Origin: Flavobacterium sp.
Lineage (GTDB): Bacteria; Bacteroidota; Bacteroidia; Flavobacteriales; Flavobacteriaceae
Direction: 5' to 3'
DNA: 64,000 nucleotides
Assembly: GCA_043770265.1 (NCBI GenBank)
Contig: JAYVIK010000208.1
Location: 5,317-69,316, forward strand
Shown here: piece after piece, positions 58,930 to 64,000 of the stretch
Numbering within the stretch: position 1 is the stretch's first letter
Layout of the letters: each line of letters starts with the position of its first letter
The notes under the pieces: model-generated
What the model was told of the DNA's origin: nothing
Databases searched by the model: none
What the model saw: only the letters and a program-made list of their open reading frames with translations
Made by a program: the position numbers and the translations under genes

Positions 58930-61761
58930 ATGCTAGAAAACGATAACAACATAGAAGTATTGGGTGCGCGAGTACACAATCTAAAAAATATAGATGTCAC
59001 AATTCCACGAGAGAAATTAGTAGTAATTACTGGGCTTTCGGGCTCGGGAAAATCATCCTTGGCTTTCGATACGATTTATGCCGAAGGACAACGCCGCTAC
59101 GTGGAAACTTTTTCGGCTTATGCCAGACAATTCCTTGGCGGTTTGGAACGTCCCGATGTGGATAAAATTGATGGTCTTTCTCCCGTTATTGCCATTGAAC
59201 AGAAAACAACCAGCAAAAGCCCTCGCTCAACTGTTGGCACGATTACCGAAATTTATGATTTTCTGCGTTTGTTATATGCTCGCGCCGCCGATGCCTACAG
59301 TTACAACACTGGCGAGAAAATGGTTTCTTACGATGATGAACAAATCAAGGAATTGATTATCCAAGATTTTGCGGGAAAACGCATCAATATTTTGGCACCA
59401 ATTATTCGCGCCAGAAAAGGACATTATGCCGAATTGTTCCAACAAATTGCCAAACAAGGTTTCTTGAAAGTTCGCATTAATGGTGACATCAAAGACATCA
59501 CGACGGGAATGAAACTCGACCGTTACAAAACCCACGACATTGAAATCGTGATTGACCGAATGGTTATCGAAGACACGCCCGACAATGAAAAACGCCTGAC
59601 CGAAAGCATCAAAACAGCGATGTATCACGGTGAAAACGTCTTGATGATTTTAGATCAAGATTCCAATGCAATTCGTTTTTTTAGTCGGAATTTAATGTGT
59701 CCCACAACTGGAATTTCTTATCAGAATCCGGAACCCAATTTATTTTCGTTCAACTCACCCAAAGGCGCTTGCGACCATTGCAAAGGTTTGGGAACAGTAA
59801 ACGAAATCAACATCAAAAAGATAATTCCAAATCCAAAATTATCCATAAATAAAGGTGGTTTTGCACCTTTGGGCGAATACAAAAGCAGTTGGATGTTCAA
59901 GCAATTGGAGATCATTGGCGAAAAATACAGCTTCAAATTAACCGATCCTATTTCGACAATTTCCGAAGAAGCGATGGAAATGATTTTGAATGGTGGCAAA
60001 GAAAAATTCTCAGTGGAATCGAAAGTTTTGGGCGTGACCAAAGAATACAAAATAGAATTTGAAGGAATTTCGCATTTCATCAAAAACCAACACGATGAAA
60101 GTGGCTCTACAACCATAAAACGTTGGGCAAAAGAATTTATGGACGAAGTCAAATGTCCCGTTTGTGAAGGTTCAAGATTGAAAAAAGAAGCTCTGTTTTT
60201 CAAAATCAACGAGAAAAATATTGCCGAATTATGCGATATGGATATTTCCGATGTAACGACTTGGTTTCTGGATTTGAACACGCATTTATCCGACAAACAA
60301 AAAACAATTGCTACCGAAGTTATCAAGGAAATCAAGGACAGACTGAACTTTTTGATGAATGTAGGTTTGGATTACTTGGCATTGAGCCGAAGTTCCAAAT
60401 CACTTTCAGGTGGTGAAGCACAACGCATTCGATTGGCGACCCAAATTGGTTCACAATTGGTAGGAGTTTTATATATTTTGGACGAACCGAGCATTGGTTT
60501 ACACCAAAGAGATAACGATAAACTGATTCATTCTTTGGAACAATTGCGCGACATTGGCAACTCGGTTATTGTGGTCGAACACGACAAAGATATGATTCTG
60601 CGTGCCGATTATGTGATTGATATTGGTCCAAAAGCGGGCAAACACGGCGGCGAAATCATCAGCAAAGGAACGCCTGCTGAAATTTTGAAAGACCACACGT
60701 TAACGGCTTCCTATTTAAACGGAGAAATGGAAATCGAAGTTCCAAAAAAACGTCGGGAAGGCAATGGAAATTTCCTGAAACTGACTGGTGCGACTGGAAA
60801 TAATTTGAAAAATGTATCCATAGAATTGCCTTTGGGCAAGATGATTTGTGTGACTGGCGTTTCGGGAAGTGGAAAATCGACATTGATTAATGAAACCCTC
60901 TACCCTATTTTGAACGCTTATTATTTTAATGGTGTCAAAAAACCAAAACCCTACAAAAAAATTGAAGGTTTGGAACATATCGACAAAGTAATTGATATTG
61001 ACCAAAGTCCGATTGGGAGAACGCCACGTTCGAATCCTGCGACTTATACGGAGGTTTTTACCGAAATCAGGAACCTGTTCACGATGACTTCCGAAAGTAT
61101 GATTCGAGGTTATAAAGCAGGTCGTTTTAGTTTTAATGTAAAAGGTGGAAGATGCGAAACTTGCGAAGGTTCAGGAGTTCGAACTATCGAAATGAATTTC
61201 TTACCCGATGTGTATGTAGAATGCGAAACCTGTCAAGGAAAACGTTTCAATAGAGAAACTTTGGAAATTCGATACAAAGGAAAATCCATTTCGGATGTGT
61301 TGAATATGACAATTGATGAAGCCGTTCCTTTCTTTGAAATGATTCCGAAGATTTATCGAAAAGTCAAAACTTTACAAGATGTTGGTTTGGGGTATATTAC
61401 CTTGGGACAACAAAGCACAACGCTTTCGGGTGGTGAAGCACAACGCATCAAACTAGCAGGAGAATTATCGAAAAAAGACACAGGAAATACATTTTATATA
61501 TTGGACGAACCCACAACTGGACTGCATTTTGAGGACATTAGAGTGTTGATGGAAGTGATTAATAAACTGGTGGACAAAGGCAACACAATCTTGATTATAG
61601 AACACAATATGGATGTAATCAAGCTGGCCGATTACATTATCGACATTGGTCCTGAAGGCGGAAAAGGCGGTGGAGAAGTAGTTGCCAAAGGAACTCCTGA
61701 AGAAGTTGCTAAAAACAAGAAAAGTTATACTGCGCAGTTTTTGAAGAAGGAATTGGTTTAA
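58930..61761 (+). CDS. uvrA: Excinuclease ABC subunit A
   Basis: Two ABC modules (GLSGSGKSS, GVSGSGKST, LSGGEAQR twice) and Zn fingers; -7 element TAACTTTG at 58906-58913; ATG 58930. Confidence 0.97.
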   Translation: MLENDNNIEVLGARVHNLKNIDVTIPREKLVVITGLSGSGKSSLAFDTIYAEGQRRYVETFSAYARQFLGGLERPDVDKIDGLSPVIAIEQKTTSKSPRSTVGTITEIYDFLRLLYARAADAYSYNTGEKMVSYDDEQIKELIIQDFAGKRINILAPIIRARKGHYAELFQQIAKQGFLKVRINGDIKDITTGMKLDRYKTHDIEIVIDRMVIEDTPDNEKRLTESIKTAMYHGENVLMILDQDSNAIRFFSRNLMCPTTGISYQNPEPNLFSFNSPKGACDHCKGLGTVNEINIKKIIPNPKLSINKGGFAPLGEYKSSWMFKQLEIIGEKYSFKLTDPISTISEEAMEMILNGGKEKFSVESKVLGVTKEYKIEFEGISHFIKNQHDESGSTTIKRWAKEFMDEVKCPVCEGSRLKKEALFFKINEKNIAELCDMDISDVTTWFLDLNTHLSDKQKTIATEVIKEIKDRLNFLMNVGLDYLALSRSSKSLSGGEAQRIRLATQIGSQLVGVLYILDEPSIGLHQRDNDKLIHSLEQLRDIGNSVIVVEHDKDMILRADYVIDIGPKAGKHGGEIISKGTPAEILKDHTLTASYLNGEMEIEVPKKRREGNGNFLKLTGATGNNLKNVSIELPLGKMICVTGVSGSGKSTLINETLYPILNAYYFNGVKKPKPYKKIEGLEHIDKVIDIDQSPIGRTPRSNPATYTEVFTEIRNLFTMTSESMIRGYKAGRFSFNVKGGRCETCEGSGVRTIEMNFLPDVYVECETCQGKRFNRETLEIRYKGKSISDVLNMTIDEAVPFFEMIPKIYRKVKTLQDVGLGYITLGQQSTTLSGGEAQRIKLAGELSKKDTGNTFYILDEPTTGLHFEDIRVLMEVINKLVDKGNTILIIEHNMDVIKLADYIIDIGPEGGKGGGEVVAKGTPEEVAKNKKSYTAQFLKKELV

Positions 61762-61817
61762 ATATTCAAAAATATTTTAGAAGCTGGATAATAAAAACAA
61801 TTTATTTTTTAACATAA

Positions 61818-61855
61818 AAAAAAGCATCATTATATAACCATAATGGTGCTTTTTT
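61818..61855. terminator. Bidirectional terminator
   Basis: AAAAAAGCATCATTAT / ATAATGGTGCTTTTTT between convergent genes. Confidence 0.8.
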
Positions 61856-61914
61856 GTTGATGAAATGAGACATCGCCTCAGCCTATTCGCTATTTTAAAA
61901 TTAGAACAATCGAA

Positions 61915-62526
61915 TTAAAATAGTGCTACGACACCTTGAGAATTACTTTCATTTTTTACCACAGATTTTTTATTAATTTCTGTGAAATTTAAAGGCTGAA
62001 TTTCATCGGAATCGGTACTTTCAATTATTTTTTCGTTGTCAGAAATAATTTCATCGATTGTTTTACTAGATTTCAAAAATATAACTGGTTCAGGGTTCAA
62101 TAAAGTAGCCTCATCCATCAACGAAACTTTCACTTGTTCTTTAACTGATAATGATTTCAAAACAGTAATAGCTTCATAAGCATTGGACAACTCAGCATAT
62201 TTCAATGCTGTAAATCCTTGACTATCTTTAATATCACGATCTGCTCCTTTTTGCAATAAGTATTCAATAATTTCTACTTTATTATAGCGCGCAGCATACA
62301 TTAGGGGAGTCAGCCCATTTAATTTTTTATTTACTTTTGTACCGTTTTCTATAAATTTTTTGACTGTTTCTATTTCCCCTTTACTAATCGCTATAGCTAA
62401 AGTGGATGGAGTTTCAGAAAAGAGAGTTAGTGTTTTTTGGTTTCCAATAACATTAGTATTGGAAGTAAAAGACAAACTAAAAAAAGCCACCAAGGTAATT
62501 CCTAAATAAATGATTGTTTTTTTCAT
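61915..62526 (-). CDS. Secreted ankyrin-repeat protein
   Basis: Signal peptide; GLTPLMYAARYN and GFTALKYA ankyrin repeats. Confidence 0.85.
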   Translation of the reverse strand: MKKTIIYLGITLVAFFSLSFTSNTNVIGNQKTLTLFSETPSTLAIAISKGEIETVKKFIENGTKVNKKLNGLTPLMYAARYNKVEIIEYLLQKGADRDIKDSQGFTALKYAELSNAYEAITVLKSLSVKEQVKVSLMDEATLLNPEPVIFLKSSKTIDEIISDNEKIIESTDSDEIQPLNFTEINKKSVVKNESNSQGVVALF

Positions 62527-63271
62527 GATAATTACTTTTAAATTGTTATTTTTTATAAATTTTTTTCAAGATTGCTAGTATGTAAATTATGTTCAAAATC
62601 GGTATCTATGTGAAAAAGTCATCATATTTAAAAAAATATCAAAATAATAATATAAATCAATTACTTTAAATATATCGCAAAATACTCAATACATATTGTC
62701 AATTTTTTATCAAATGTACAATTAATTAGGACATTATTCCAAGAAAAATATGAAATAATTCTGCTTAAAATCAATTTTTATTCTTTATTCATTCTATTGT
62801 ATATTTCCAGAAACAAATCAATAAATAAGAATATTATTAATTGAATTAAAATACGTTTTTTAGTTAATAATTCATATTATTTATAAAAAATGATTTTCTA
62901 AAACCCAAATTAATGACAATTCAATAATCAAAAACAGCATTTTGGGAACTGTGGTTAATGTCTTGTTGATTTAGTGTCAAAATTGGAATAGTGCAATGAA
63001 CAAACTCTTTAAAAATCACACCTACCAAACTCCGAAGTATTCCTCAGATTTCCAATTCAAACACTTTAAGCATTCTTGCATTTTCATTTTAATCGAACCA
63101 ATAAATTATAGATCTGGTAAAGAAATGATAGAAATAAAAAAAGCATTGCTCACATTTTTTGAAAAAAGAATTACTTTAGCACAGAAGTCTGAAATGCTGG
63201 CTTCTTTGGAGTAGAAACTTCATTTTTAGAATTTAAAACAGGAACAATACTAAAAGTAAAAAAACATAAAA

Positions 63272-64000
63272 ATGAGACTAGAAGATTTTGACAACGATGA
63301 GGACAAAGTAATTCAGGATAAACTGAAAAGAAAAACTTGGAACGAGATTCGAAGCAATGACAGTTGGGCGATTTTCAAAATTATGTCTGAATTTGTGAAT
63401 GGCTATGAAAACATGGCGAGAATTGGCCCTTGTGTTACTATTTTTGGCTCTGCTAGGAAAAAACCAGATGATAAATATTATGTATTAGCTGAGAAAATAG
63501 CCTATAAAATTAGCAAAGCAGGTTACGGCGTAATTACTGGTGGCGGTCCTGGAATTATGGAAGCCGGTAATAAAGGTGCTCATTTGGGTGGTGGAACTTC
63601 GGTGGGATTGAATATTGAATTGCCGTTCGAGCAGCATTTCAATCCGTATATTGACCACGATAAAAACCTTAATTTTGATTATTTCTTTGTTAGAAAAGTA
63701 ATGTTTGTGAAATATTCGCAAGGATTTGTAGTCATGCCCGGTGGTTTTGGTACACTAGACGAAATGTTTGAAGCGATTACCTTGATTCAGACGAAAAAAA
63801 TTGGTAAATTCCCAATAATATTAGTCGGAACTGAATTTTGGTCAGGATTAATCGAATGGATAAAAACAGTACTGGTCGAAAGAGAAAAAACCATTAATGC
63901 CACAGATTTGGAGTTATTTAAAATTGTAGATAGCGAAGACGAAGTGGTCGAAGTTCTAGATAAATTCTACAAAAAATACGATTTGTCACCCAATTTCTAA
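63272..64000 (+). CDS. LOG family (TIGR00730) nucleotide phosphoribohydrolase
   Basis: VTIFGSAR, TGGGPGIMEA, FFVRKVMF, PGGFGTLDE. Confidence 0.92.
   Translation: MRLEDFDNDEDKVIQDKLKRKTWNEIRSNDSWAIFKIMSEFVNGYENMARIGPCVTIFGSARKKPDDKYYVLAEKIAYKISKAGYGVITGGGPGIMEAGNKGAHLGGGTSVGLNIELPFEQHFNPYIDHDKNLNFDYFFVRKVMFVKYSQGFVVMPGGFGTLDEMFEAITLIQTKKIGKFPIILVGTEFWSGLIEWIKTVLVEREKTINATDLELFKIVDSEDEVVEVLDKFYKKYDLSPNF

Noticed and set aside
59272-61005. Long antisense ORFs inside uvrA (and similar ones in meaB, the VWA gene, tkt, LruC and the glucosidase)
   Set aside because: Shadow frames of well-supported genes, with no recognisable motifs
62527-63271. Long AT-rich gap and 72-aa ORF 62996..63214
   Set aside because: No convincing structure, repeat or protein motif; treated as a divergent promoter region

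Overview
AT-rich 64-kb chromosomal window from a Flavobacterium-like bacteroidete, judged from TAnnTTTG -7 promoters, gene order and protein families. It is mostly housekeeping: rel, fur, purA, meaB, MATE, ppk2, mtaB, rpmE2, a phosphohexomutase, an MsbA-like ABC transporter, zapA-6S RNA-rny, xerD, aroQ, tkt, mtnN, uvrA and a LOG-family gene. Small accessory inserts sit between these genes. (i) Two tandem LruC-domain lipoprotein paralogs have a co-duplicated regulatory region. (ii) A duplicated nudK gene brackets a Cys-rich fulvocin-C-like lipoprotein and a membrane-anchored CxxC oxidoreductase. (iii) An ECF sigma factor is paired with an anti-sigma-like/SusC-plug/VWA chimera. (iv) An ORF6N gene carries an internal coding palindrome (LRSQIVTS) that is echoed by three variant palindromes directly upstream, and a nearby DUF1016 remnant has its own coding palindrome. 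(v) Several pseudogenes are missing from the ORF track: a RelE/ParE toxin, an FGGY kinase, a porin stub and a frameshifted small ORF. No CRISPR array, rRNA, tRNA or intact transposase was seen. All family assignments come from motif recognition by eye, not database searches.
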